Assembly: GCA_051362555.1 (NCBI GenBank) | Contig: CM120641.1 | Coordinates: forward strand, 21,638,001 to 21,702,000 | DNA: 64,000 bases | Source: Lingula anatina | Lineage: Eukaryota > Animalia > Brachiopoda | Reading direction: 5' to 3' | In this document: positions 12,701 through 25,888 of the stretch, one piece after another | How positions within the stretch are numbered: position 1 is the first letter of the stretch | Layout: each line of letters starts with the position of its first letter | Notes under the pieces: generated by a model | Seen by the model: the letters and a program-made list of their open reading frames with translations, nothing else | Told to the model about the DNA's origin: nothing | Databases searched by the model: none | Program-made: the position numbers and the translations under genes

Positions 12701-15700
12701 AATTCCACAAAAAAAGATTTAGCAGTTATTCTGCAACATGGTTCCCTGTATAATACAATGTAGTTCTCAACAGGCTCAAAATTTAACTGCATAGACCCAA
12801 ATTTTCTCAACAGTTTGGAATGACACATATACCTTGTTGATTGAGGGAAATTGTTGAAATCTTTCAGTTTTTTTCCTCCATAAAAACCAGAGACACATTG
12901 ACCTAAAGGAGCAATTCCTGAATGCAACATAGCAGATTATTTGATAATTAGTTTTGATGCCCTAGCTGCCATCCCATTTGAGTCTCATGCATCTGGGCTT
13001 CAGGTTTATATAGCCATTTCCCATTATTTTACCACACACACACAATTTGGATCTAAACAAGGAGACCCTAGCATGAAAACCATCTCTGGGAGCAACCGCC
13101 TTGTGTATTGATACATAGAATGTCACTTTGTCCTTCTTTTATCGGGAATTTATTTTCACAACTGAATAATTAATTCAAAATCCATTTTGTTCAGGGCACA
13201 AAAAACTATGGCTTTATAATGTTAAGTCTTTTTTTTTCTCTTATGGGAAGTACATGGATATTTTTAGAACCCAAATATTGTGTACTGTTTGCCTAAGGAC
13301 ATGCCAGGCTGTTGTCATGTGTTCCACTCTCTGTGATATTTTTAATGATTGAGACAACCCCTCATTGATGTAAATTTTTCTTTTTTTTATCTTTAAGTCC
13401 AGATTAAATCACCTACCAGGGCAAGCTTTAGATAAATTGCAATGTTCTTGCTTAGAGATAGGATTAAGACTAATTTTTCCTCCCTATGGAACAATCAAAG
13501 GCACTTAGGAATGATTGCACATGTTCATACACAATTTGGTCATGTGTATGTGTTCTGCTGAAAAGTGACAACATTATTCTGTAATTTGAAAGAACATTCT
13601 ATGTTTGTTAAAAGTCTGTTCTATTTCTCATAATATATCAACTGCCAGTAATCCAGCTGGAATACCACAGTGTTCAAAGATACTTCACAACATCTACAAG
13701 ATAACCTTTAAGAAGTTTTAAAGTTACCCATTCTAAAACACATCTGAAGTCATAATTTTTGTTGCATAACAGTAGTTTAACATTTTTTTCTGTTGTGTAA
13801 CAGTGTGATGCTTAGGTGTTGATGTCTAATTAGTTAAGCCATATTTCTTAAAACATAAAAGATCAGGTGTGTTTTTCAGATAGTAAGGTTGGACACAGAA
13901 ATGTTACAAAAATGCTTAACTATAGTACAAAATATTTAACACCATGCATATATGCAACAAAAAGGAAGATATATTCTTATTTGTACAATTGTGTTTGTTA
14001 TTTGTTATCATGTATAAATGATAGATGGAGCATAATTATACATTATTCATAGATTTAATTTCCCTAATCAAACCCCTCTTGAAATATGACCTTGTTTTAT
14101 GTTTAAATTAAACACCTAGTTTGCAGTTAGCCATCTTACACAGTGGTGGGTAATTTAGACAAAGTTAATAACAATCATAAGAGTGAGAGAGGGGCCATTA
14201 ATATTTACTTGAAAGATGTATTTTATTGTACCAGCTCTGTCACCATCATGTTGCTAAAGACTGAGTTTTCAGATATTCTCGATATGCATTTCACAATAAT
14301 TTCACATTTTCGTACTTGTGATGTAGAACTCAGAAACAAAGAATTGAATAGATCAAAAGTTATTTGACACATTTTGTATTCATGCAAGAAGTGAAATGTG
14401 ATTTCAGCTACATTGTATGTTTCTTTTTGAGTTCACAGCAGTGGGTATTTTGTTTTATTTTCTATCTCAAGGCGTGTCCTAGTATTCAGAATCAGACACA
14501 AAAAAACACCATGTACAAATGATAGATGGAGCATAAATATACATTATTCATAGATTTAATTTCCCTATATGTTCTGTTTCATAATCAATAGCAGTATTAT
14601 ATATTTCAATTCAAGTTTTTTTTTTTCTGTACCGTTCAGATCAGCTGCTGGTATCAAATTGAGTACAATTTTAACAACATTGAAGTTATGAGAGTGTCAA
14701 AAAAAAAAAAAAAAAAAAACTTATATTTATGAAATCTCAGTATTATTACAGTAATTAGTCTTTTAAGTAAAACCATGATCACACTTGACAGTACATAGTA
14801 CTAGAAGTAAATTTTGCAACTCTCTTGCGTTTATTATAAAAAACACCCCAAATTCTCATGACTTAAAATGTAATCAAGTGAGATTTTGTAGGATTTGGAA
14901 GAAAGTAGGTTAAGATACAAAGGGAGACTACTTTACAGAGGTGTATGTAGCTAGTGCTGAGAGAATTTATCCACCGCTACAATGTGAGTTGACCTTGTTT
15001 TTGTGTACCTTTTGTATCAGTTTCTAAGACAACATTCCTAGCACAGATAGTTTTATCATTATTGTTGAAAACTGAACCTAACCTCACATTTTCTGTCACA
15101 TCACACTATGTCAAAAACCTTGTTATATGCTATCTTGGATGATTTCCATTCTCAGTAATTATACATTCATTCATTTATGTAGAGGTCTAGCTGCTGTTAC
15201 AATGCTTTATTACTTTAATATAGTGAAAGTGCCATTTAATGGAAAAGAGCACTATTAACAAATCAGCCGATCCACATAGAGAGCCTGCTAAACATTAACA
15301 AACCATTGTATTTTAGAAAATTATCACTTATTGAGTGCATTACCTCATGCTGCCAATTCACATTAGTAAGCAGTGTGCAGAATATTTTTTCATCTGTAAG
15401 TTCACGAAGCATTCAAGCTAAAAAATCATAAAGAATTTGAAGTTATTTTTTTAAAGTTAGGGTAATTTAAACTTCTGTTTATGGTTTACAAATATAATAC
15501 AGTGTTTATTTATTTATTTATTAAATAGATGGGTGATAATTATTTTGTAATTTTGTCCTACACTTTTGATAAAAAGTAACAAAAACTTCTAAATCCTTTG
15601 AAATTTTGCTTGATATTGCTGCTTTTGCCAGTTGAATTTGCTCTCTTTTTCAGAATGTAATTCTATAGTAGACTTTTTTTATCAGACAGTATATGTATAA

Positions 15701-17658
15701 TTTGCTGAAAAGAATGACCTGTAGCATCAATGGATTTGGTAGATAATTATACTGGTTCATTACTATAATCCTTGGGGTTCAATTACATGGAGAATGTGCC
15801 ATTGCATTATCACAACTATACACTAATGTTAAGGAATGATTGAAAAAATTATCTAAAGCACCCAGATGACAAATTTTGATGAATTATACAAGAGAATGTT
15901 GATGCATCCTCCATGCTTTTAAGTGTTTGAGCCCATGACTGGGACCATAAAAATGGAGATGATGTACAACTGAAACTTTTAAGCCTGATACTAGTACAGT
16001 GCCCTCACCTCTACCAGTGTTGTTGCTTTAAATGAAGAGGGTATTGTCCATTTTCTATTCAGCAGATGAAAGCTTCACCTCTTTTTATTACTGTAAATGA
16101 TATTATTTGCCATCTTTAACCGGAAATATTCCTCACTTCGTGGCTACAAATTACTAGTAGACTGGCAAAGGCCTCGGAAAAAAATTTGAATACAAAAAAT
16201 GTGTTGGACACTGGGTTTTGGATGCTTGAGTAAGGTGAAGTTGATAATGGGTAGTTAAGGCATACCGTGCACATTGGACATTCATACACGTGGCATAATA
16301 TTTTTTTCTGGAAATTTCAGCTTATTCCCCTTTATCACCAAGGTATATATGATATAATATATCCAAAATTTGTCGACACAATTACAATTTGTAAACTTAT
16401 TTTCTCCTTCTAGATTCCCAATTTTACAGTCATAAATGAAATTGACCAGTCTCCATTACAAGAATTATCTAAAAAAAACCTAGAAATTGAGATAATAAAA
16501 AAAAAAACTCATTAATGGATCATAATTCTCTGAACAATTTTGAATAAGGTATACTTTGGTGATTAAGGGAAAGGTGGAGAAATTTCTTAGAAAATTAAAT
16601 CTTTGACTAATGCCATCACCAGGAGTAATTTTCTGGGACAAGGCCACTTAAAACAGGCCAATATATTGATCAACCGGGGACAGAAATTCATTTCCTAGTA
16701 TGTAAATTATATATGTTACATGGCCCTCAGCTTCAAATTTGTTCTCCCTGTCCACATTTTAGCACTTTTATCACCATTTTTAGTTCTTGGTCCAGACACA
16801 GGTGTCTGTGATTGAGCGTAATTTAAAATCTCAGTCCTGACTTATTCTTAAGTATTGTCACTGATGATTTCCTTGAGACCAATGAAGTCAGTCCAGTAGG
16901 CCTTGTTGTTATTCCCAAATACCCAGTGTTACATTAAAATACATTGGTTAGTGCAGTATTCAGTTTTACATGACCCACTTGGGCTTTGTGAATTAAACTT
17001 GTCAATGAATGACCTAGCTAAGAGTCATTAGAGCAGACAACAACAGAACATCTCTTGAATAAAATTAATTTCTACAGCAAAGGATTAGAAGTACTAGTAT
17101 TAGGCCGCATTCTCAACAAATTGAGCCAGGCTTTACAAATCCTGAGAACTAAAAATGGCGGACGTACATGAAAGAAAAACCGCCTAATCTTTTAATAGTC
17201 TCTCCGCCTCTCACACGCCTCCCCACACGTCGTCCCTGCGGGGTACAGTAATTACATATCGGCTCCGAACATGAATATCTCCGTGAATATCTCTGGTGAT
17301 ATTATCTCCATAGATAGTCGATTCATTGCTGCTCTACGGGCCAATTCATTCCTTTTTCGTCTCTGTTTTGAAAGATAATAGAACAGAAGAGCTTTTTTCC
17401 TTCGATCGCCTTCAGCCGCCATGCTTTCGTCACCACGAGTTTAACTGATGAGCATGCACACTTAATATTTCTCAGGTAGCTTCCGCATGGCGAACGGAGC
17501 CGAGATTTAATTACTGTACCCTGCAAGGACGACGTGTTGGGAGGCGTGTGAGAGGCGGAGAGACTATTAAAAGATTAGGCGGTTTTCTTTCATGTACGTC
17601 CGCCATTTTTAGTTCTCAGGATTTGTAAAGCCTGGCTCAATTCGTTGAGAATGCGGTC

Positions 17659-17715
<57 letters not shown>

Positions 17716-18172
17716 ATATGTTAAATCCCTGTATGCCTTCTCTAAATTTGTTCTTTCCCGCAACATCTCTTAAGTCCATGGTCACTATTTTTGTTGTAAC
17801 TAAATGAAGTAAATTCTTTCTTTTCAGAACACTCAGTTGCTCTTTGTAAAGTGTACGAGGACAGTTTAGGAAAGTTGCAAGAGGAGCTTAAGTTTAAAAG
17901 TCTTCGATGTAAGTTAAGGAAACTGCTTTCTCTTAAATAAAACAAAGTAAAGAGGAATGTTAGTTGAAAATGGTCCCTGTTTTGTTACGTTCCAACACAG
18001 CAGTGCCATCACCTGTGTCTTTCTATGTCACCAGAGCAAGAGCCAGACTGGGAGCTGGAACTGAAACCGTGCATATTTCTTGGAATAACTGGGAAGCAAT
18101 TTAGCCATTTTGCTTCATAGTCAGTATCCCAGGTCAGGTTCAAAACTGGGAATGATATGATTATTTGTCATA

Positions 18173-18247
<75 letters not shown>

Positions 18248-21200
18248 TTTTTTTTCAATGATAATTTTCAGTAAATTTGACTGTCTGGACACCATCATCT
18301 GGTTGATAACTCCATTTTGGCTAAAACTTGTTGGGGTTGCTTGTAGGCCTAAAATGCAGGTTTTATTGTAATACTTTCCCATAATATTAATTGGCTTCAT
18401 AGAGCCTATATCATCCAGATATTAACTTTAACTGCAAGGCTTTCCTTTTTGGCCAAAATGCATGTAAGGTCCAAAAGTAGGCACGATGTGTTAATTTTTA
18501 ACCTTTTTCTGATAATTTTGGTCTTGATTTACATTTTTTTGTGTATGTGTGCGTGTGTTTATTAGAATCCCATTTACTAAAGCTTAAATAGAAAGACTCT
18601 TATGCAGAGTTTAATTACACATGATGCTATGTATAGTTTTTTACCTTAAGATTCAAACTGAGAAATGTTGTCTGTTCATTTGTCAGCTTTTGTTCAGATT
18701 TCTAGGATTAGTTTATACTGTAGTGTCATTCAGACTCACAAACATCATATAGTTACTATTCCAATTAATTCTGTATTGCAGTATGTTTTTGATTTTGTCT
18801 CAACTTCTACCCTTCAAAATGTTTTTCATCTATTTAGAATGTGAGTGTATGAATGGTTAGCAAGGATTTATTAAATGCCTAGTTTAGTCACTTTTTCTCA
18901 TATTTCCAGTGTCCCATTTAGAGTCTGTCCAGTGGAGAGTGGATTACGTGATAGGATCAAGCAAACTCAAGGTAAATAATTGCATCAAGATAATCACCCA
19001 AAGACAATTTAATTCAAACGGACTTTTAGGCACTCCCCTTTTTAATACATGATAGTTGTGTTTATGTACTGACACAGCATGTCTGTACAAAAACTGCTTT
19101 ATTGAATTGGTAATAAATGAATAAATAACCACATTTGCATATGTATCGTTTTCATCATTATCATCGTTGCTGTGCACTTTTCATTGTAAACCTATTGAAT
19201 GAATAGTATGTTACTTATTATTATTATCCTCAAACCTACTAGAATGATTTTTAGGACTACTATAGCTTTAGTTGGAAAACTAGCTTGATTGGATGCTTTT
19301 TATTGGAGTTATGCAATTTGTGTATTTTTCATTTTTCATACATATGTGTTCTCAATGTATGCCATAGAATCCATATGGCTTGAAGCACTTTGCTATTTAC
19401 ATTTCCTGAATGTCCATGTTACCTGTAATTTGTAATTTAATTTGGTGGTGATTATGCTTTTCAGCCTAATGTAATATTGTATCATAATTGACTAAACACC
19501 CCTGTTATGTGCATTGTCATCGTAAATTTCTGTGCTTTAAGTCTGCACATTTGACAGCTTTGCTGCCATATTTTCTTTTTTTTTTCACACATAAAAGTTT
19601 CTGTTTAATGTACTTTGCAATGGTGATGGGATAATATAACAATTTTCTAGTATCTGTTAACCAACAAATTTGTTTTATTGAGCTGTCAATTTATGCTGTG
19701 TAATTGAGATGTCATTACAAAACAATTTTCTAGGTGAAAAGTATGATTCACATTCTAGGTAATAAACCATTGATATAATTTTCTGGTATTGTTTATGAGG
19801 TTTTTCTGAAAGGATATATGACTAAATCTTCCTGGGAAGCCCAGTGATAGGATAAATAAAGAAACACTTAATATCAGAGTTAAATTTAATATGCAGCTGA
19901 TTGTATTGTCTTGTCCATGCACTTTATGATAAGCACTTTCTTTTTCTTTTCTCTCTCTCTCTCTCTCAAGTTCATCCTTGTGAAGTAATGGTGTTCTTGG
20001 TTGAATGCTCTTTTAAAAACTCATTTATTTAGTTCATTTACCTTTATAGTATTTTGCTACACTTCACATCCAGCTAAAAAGAGGAAGAAAAAAGTTTTTG
20101 CCTCTATCAATATTCTCCCCCAGAGACAATCTGGGTGAAAACATCATTTTTGTGCAAAAATTCTCACAGTTCAACTAGTCAATAGCCAGATAATTGTTTG
20201 TGAATATCTAGTGAAAAAAATTCTCTCTGTTATGTGGTGGAAGGTATCCGTTCAGTACTTCTCTTGTGCAAAATCTGGTTGGAAAACAAGTTTTATGAAA
20301 TGCAAAAAAAAAAAAAAAAAGTCAATGGCAGGTAAGAACTGTGGAATGGCCCTATAATGAAATGTACAGAACAAAAATTTTCACTGATACAAGTGATATT
20401 TGATTGTTTGATTGTTTGTTCTTTGCCAAACAAACATAAATGAAAGTTATCAAACACAAGCTGAAAAATCTTCATACCATTAGCTTACGGCCAACCTGGA
20501 CGTAGGCCTTCATCTAACTGTAAGCAGATGTTGACACTCATTGACCACTAGGTGGAATTGCAGCCAGGACCCTCTAATAAATATCAAGTAGATCTGGTAA
20601 GCTAACAGTATGAAAGTTTTCAACTTGTGTTTGATAATTTTCATTTATGATCCAACTACCAAGCTAATGAACATTTAAGCTCATTAAAAAGTGTCTTCAA
20701 GTTTCTTTAGTCATGCTTGACACACGAAGTACCTCTGAAATGCTGTGTTTTGCTTCTATTGAAAAGGTTTTAAGCACCAGGGTATCCATTCTTCTTTAAA
20801 AACTTGGGCCACAAGGGTAACAGAGAAACTCAGATTAGGGGCTGGTTTTCCATCTTTGGCCCAAAGAATAGTTTAAGCTTGGTACATTATGGGTTGTGTC
20901 TGACAGGTCCAGATTCTAAGTTGTTAGACCAAAGAATTATCCTCATTTTGATTAAGATAAAGCCCCAATAGTGCACTGAAGTAAATTACATAAGTATTGG
21001 TCTGAAAAATTTTGCCAGGTGTATCTTGATATTAAACAGACTCAAAATTTTGTTTGATTGTACCACTACTTCTGATTTTTTGTGGGTCTCAAGAGACTGA
21101 AAATTTCAGACTTATTTTTTTATTTATTTTTTTTTTATGTTAAACAGTCCATTGCTGCATATGGGTCTATACTTTCATGCTCATTATCCAGAGTTTCAGA

Positions 21201-22591
21201 AGACCAGTGGCAGTTCACATCTGTACCATCAGCATGCCTCTGCCACTTCTAGAATGAGTCCCAATCTCTTCTGAAACTCAGGGTGGTGTTCAAATGTCAA
21301 GAATCAATACTTGGGAGATTGAGTCAGAGAAACCAAAGTAGAGTGATTGGTCAATGTGATGTGGGTGGTCAGAGGGAAGTGGGCACTCAGGTGACTGTGG
21401 GTGGTCAGATCAATAAGGTTGTTAAGTAAATTGTAGGGGGATGTGTCAGTGGTCAGGGTAATCAGAGTTGGCAGTAGAATGTTAGTGTCTAGTTTATTAT
21501 GGGCAGGCAGTATAAGGGGTGGTCAATAAATTTTTGTTTGCAATGAAATAGCATGGTCAGAACATAGTGAGTGATCAGTGTCTGAGGGGTGGTCATTACT
21601 ATGTGGGTGGCCAGTACGATGTGGATGACCATTACAATGTGGGTGGCTGGTACAATGTGGATGACCAGTACAATGTGGGTGCCCAGTGCAATGTGGGTAC
21701 CCAGTACAGTTTGGGTGGCCAGTACAATGTGGGTGGTTAGTACAGTGTGGATGGCCAATACTAAGTGGATGACCAGTACCATGTATGTGGCCAGTAAAAT
21801 GTGGGTGGCCAGTATAATGTGGGTGACTAGTACAATGTGGGTGGTCAGTACAATGTGGGTAGCCAGTGCAGTGTGGGTGGTCAGTTCAATGTGGATGGTA
21901 AGTACAATGTGGATGGCCAATACTAGGTGGATGACCAGTACCATGTATGTGGCCAGTAAAATGTGGGTGGTCAGCACAATGTGGGTGACTAGTACAATGT
22001 GGGTGGTCAGTACAATGTGGGTAGCCAGTGCAGTGTGGGTGGTCAGTTCAATGTGGATGGTTAGTACAATGTGGATGGCCAATACTAGGTGGATGACCAG
22101 TACCATGTATGTGGCCAGTAAAATGTGGGTGGTCAGCACAATGTGGGTGGCCAGTACAATGTGGATGGCTAGTACAATGTGGGTGGCTAGTACAATGTAG
22201 GTGGTCAGTACTATGTGGGTGACTGGTACAATGTGGGTCACCGTCACTATGTTAGTCAAGAGGGGAGATCCAGAATTTTTTTTGACAGTCATCCAAATTA
22301 TCTTTGTAGATCCATCCTCCTTTTTTTTTAAGGTCTTCTGAAAAAAAATAGATGCCTGCTAATGTAAACTGAAAAATTCTGACCATTTTCTGTTAGTGGT
22401 CAGTACAATGTGGTAACCAATATATGGTGGGTTGCCAGTGCATTATGACTGATGTGTGAATCATACCTGGTATGAATAATTTAAAAGAAGAGAGAAAGAT
22501 TCATTTGTTTCAGTAGAGAACTATCATGACTCAGATGACTGATGCATGGCCCACCTATAGACAGCTAGGGGTTATTTGACAAGGGATTATT

Positions 22592-22639
<48 letters not shown>

Positions 22640-25350
22640 CGTTAGAGAACTAACATGACTCAGATGACTGATGCATAGCCCACCTGTACCCTTTAGACAG
22701 TTAAGGATATTTGCTTGGATATATATATACACACACACACACACACATGCGCACACACACACCTGTATTTTAGACTACGTAGATTGATCACTTTAAACTC
22801 CTTATTTACTGCCTTACATACATTCTTTTGGGAAATAAATCAATCCTCAGTGTTCATTGACTAAATGAATTAACATTTACACCTGTCATCTGACGGGTGA
22901 AATCATAATTGCGATTTTGGGGTAAAAATATATAATATTTTATATTTTTGAGGGTTTTTTCATTGTTTTAAAACAGCACAAAGATAGATGCATTATTGAA
23001 TAAGTAGATGCAGGAAAAAACTCATTTTGGGTATCTGGAAGATAAGAAAGGGTTACAATAATCTTTAGAAGTTCTAAATTCAGGTTCTCCAGCGAGGCAT
23101 TTGCATGAAGATCATTTTACCTTGCACTTTTCTGTTTGTTAAAGGGTTATAGTGCAATTAACAGTATACATGCACATGAACTTAAAGTTGTGTTCATAAG
23201 ATATGTTGATAAACCACGTTAAGAGCGTGTTAGATTGGTTGACTGCAAGAGCAAGATAACGCAGTTTGATACCAAAATTATCATCAGAGACAAGAATCTC
23301 TGTGGTTACTTTGATGAATTATAGCATTTAGTTGTGATTAAGTTATTCCAAACTTTTCACAGTTAAATAATTTAGATAATAATCTCAATTATGAGTCACC
23401 AACAATTATTTGATTTGTGGTACTTAGTATGCAGTGGATTAATTTGCAGCAATCATGGGATTTGTTGTATTTATGAGATGGGCCATGAGCAAGGCCCCTT
23501 AAAATCAAATTTTGTGCCTGTTCTGCGGATGCACATATACTGTAGGTTTCACTATAAAAATTAGACCAACTTCTTCAGTAAAAGACACCCCCCTTTAAAA
23601 TTGCTAGCTTCATACCGTTGAGTAATGTGGTAAAAAATTCTGCAAAATTAATGCAGTTGATCTCAACTTGTTGCGACATTGCCAAATGCATTGACTCATG
23701 TGACAACACCTTAATGGTGATCTCATTTGACTTGCGTCTGACTTAAGGCAGCCAAAAAATGTAATTGTGTGGTAGGTTGGAATAGTGTCATGTCCTTTCA
23801 TCTGTTCAAGTGCCTCTGAACCTTTTAGGAGAAGAATGAATTAAAATGATTGATTTTTGTCCAAACAATGAGCAATTTGCAAGCTCTCAATTCATCAGAG
23901 CTACGGATTAAATTGTAGCACTCAATAGCAACAATTTGCCAGTTGGAAAGCATTACTGCATAAAATTTTAATTCCTTCGTGATTGCCACTGGAACATTAA
24001 CTTTTTATGTGAACTATGATAACAGTACAATTGTAGATATTGTATCTGATTAGGTACCATGGTGGTCTAAAAAAGATGATTAGTTTCTAGGTCACTGAAC
24101 ATTGGAAGCTCAAGTATCATCTACATAAAATACTATCATTTCATTATCCGCTTTGGAAAATGGCACAGTTGCTGACCAAAAATATTGATCTTTCAGTTGT
24201 AACTGCCTACAGTTTTCAATTTTTTTGAGTTGAATTCTATTTTAGCCATTCATAATTTTGACTTCAGATCTTTCTTCAAAATGGTACCATGTAGTCCATG
24301 TGTATTCTGGTCACTCTTTGTGCTGACTGCTTAACTTTGGGATTGTATGAGAGGGGGTGTATAATCAAGTCTCTGCTCCCAAAATTAGGATTAAATTTTT
24401 TCCGTAATAAAATGGATCTAAATGTTTCCCACACACAGCTATACATTTCCCTAAATAATAACCTGTATGATTACCACAAATGTATTAAGTTCATGCCTCT
24501 CTTTTATTCTTTTTTTTCCTCTTGAATAGGAGCTGAATGAGCCTGCAGTTCAACTTCGATTGAAGATTAGGAACCCAGACACAGACCAAGTTGAACCAGT
24601 TGCATTTAACTTGAGTGCAGACAAATTCAGAGTATTTCTCAGTGGTAAGATACAGAAAGTATGCTTTTAAACACATTCCACTTCCCATTGTTAATATCAA
24701 ATTATAAATTGCTCAATTGCCACTTTGACCGGTGAATTGATTTGCAGTCCTTTAAGGCTTGTTCATATTGATGATGCCTTTAATTAAGACCAAGGGGAGT
24801 TATATATGTCAGAGAACAAGTTTACTCTCTCTCAAAGGTCTTCTATACTAGCTGTTGCAAAATTGTATAAAAGACCTCTGTCGGATTTGAGATGATCAAG
24901 CAGAACATGTTCCTCGCAAGACATTCCCTTTGTAAGTTACATAGGCTGAAACGGAATGCCATTGGTCACATGGTACAGGAGGGTTTCAAACCAGCCGTGT
25001 AAGTTTGTCTAGAGGTGAGGCAGTTACATAAGAGTAAACAGCTTGATCATCTCAAATCCCACAGAGGTCTTCTCTATGATTTTATGACAGCTCTTGTTAG
25101 GAGACCTCTGGTAGAGAGTGGAACAAGTTTTGGTTGAAAAATAATTGAGATAATTTTCTCTTCTATGATTGTAACTGGTCTGTAACTGGTCTTTGCATTG
25201 TATCAGAACTGACATAAATGTTATCTGCAGTAGCACTAGATTGTGTCTCAGAGAACATGTAAAATGTGTCCTTCATTTTTTCATGACCCATGTTTTTTGT
25301 TACTTTCAGAATTAAAGCAAGCACAAACTGCCATGGAAGGTCTCTCTTGA
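6732..25350 (+). CDS. COMMD4: COMM domain-containing protein 4, complete, 9 coding exons, 199 aa
   Basis: Exons 6732-6734 (ATG only), 7133-7204, 7935-8000, 8725-8764, 10710-10829, 17828-17908, 18910-18971, 24530-24644 and 25310-25350. All introns are GT-AG and the exons total 600 nt. The protein [20 protein letters not shown]...[14 protein letters not shown]...[10 protein letters not shown]...[24 protein letters not shown] is colinear with COMMD4. Confidence 0.97.
9674..10288. mobile_element. Non-autonomous DNA transposon (MITE), 77-bp TIRs, 8-bp TSD, copy 1
   Basis: TIRs at 9674-9750 and 10212-10288 (CACCCTGAGCTTCAGAGC...). TSD AAGGACAG at 9666-9673 and 10289-10296. CA..TG ends with an 8-bp TSD fit the hAT or P superfamily. 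Confidence 0.93.
11190..12120 (+). repeat. Diverged intronic direct repeats (two ~260-bp copies plus one partial copy)
   Basis: ~11190-11450 and ~11855-12120 align (TTAGCAGCT...CACCGGAT...TTTTCTGTGGCAGCATAT...CTAACAC.GAACTAATGCCTT.GGTTATTTATGT). A partial third copy lies at ~11645-11755. Confidence 0.8.
17103..17658. mobile_element. PIF/Harbinger (Tourist-like) MITE
   Basis: ~165-bp near-perfect TIRs (GGCCGCATTCTCAAC... / ...GTTGAGAATGCGGTC), flanked by a 3-bp TTA TSD at 17100-17102 and 17659-17661. Confidence 0.88.
17662..17715. repeat. (GT)n(AG)n compound microsatellite
   Basis: Direct reading. Other microsatellites: (TG)n ~18175-18237, (TA)n ~22595-22637, (CA)n ~28980-29052, (AAAT)n ~34507-34543, (AAT)n ~40901-40943. 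Confidence 0.95.
20435..20649. mobile_element. MITE-like foldback remnant
   Basis: ~54-bp imperfect inverted repeats (CATAAATGAAAGTTATCAAACACAAG... / ...CTTGTGTTTGATAATTTTCATTTATG). No clear TSD. Confidence 0.6.
21580..22255. repeat. 18-bp minisatellite with a 162-bp higher-order unit
   Basis: Consensus AGTACAATGTGGGTGGCC. The variant block CCAATACTA.GTGGATGACCAGTACCATGTATG recurs at ~21755, 21917 and 22079 (9 x 18 bp). Confidence 0.95.
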
Positions 25351-25888
25351 TGCAAGCAATGATGTTACTAAAACCAATGTTTGCCTTGATAGTCATTCAG
25401 CACATGGTTTTGGAATGATACTTACATAAAAAAATCTTATCAAAAGAAACATATTAACTGACCAATTGAGGTGTGATCATGTGTGAGGTGATATAAACAC
25501 ATCAAAAATTCTCTTCACGCCTGTGAAAAAACTGTAATTCAGCTGATTGAAGGAGACCTGCATTGCAATAATGAGATCTGAAGCACTTCCTGTGAACTAA
25601 TGAAAAGGAAAACAGACGTGTGACAGCTTACATGGAGTGGAAACCTTATTCTAGTTCTTGCTTATCATGCAAGGGAAAGGTTATGTCCTCTGTGCCTCAT
25701 TTGATCTTGAGTGCATCTTGTTAATCTAAGAGAAACACCTATTCAAATCATGCAAATGATTCAAAGAATCATATAATTAATGGTAATGTAAATAAATATC
25801 TAAAACATAAAAGAGTATTCATTGTAATGTAAATAAATACCTAAAACAGAAAAGAGTATATGTGTAAGCTGGGCCTCAGTAATTATTA

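Noticed and set aside
12586-12930. 114-aa antisense ORF in COMMD4 intron 5 as a nested gene
   Set aside because: Non-ATG start, no motif and no supporting exon structure.
21489-22292. 267-aa and 203-aa repetitive ORFs (THIVLA / STMWVA repeats)
   Set aside because: By-products of an 18-bp minisatellite inside a COMMD4 intron; no splice or domain support.
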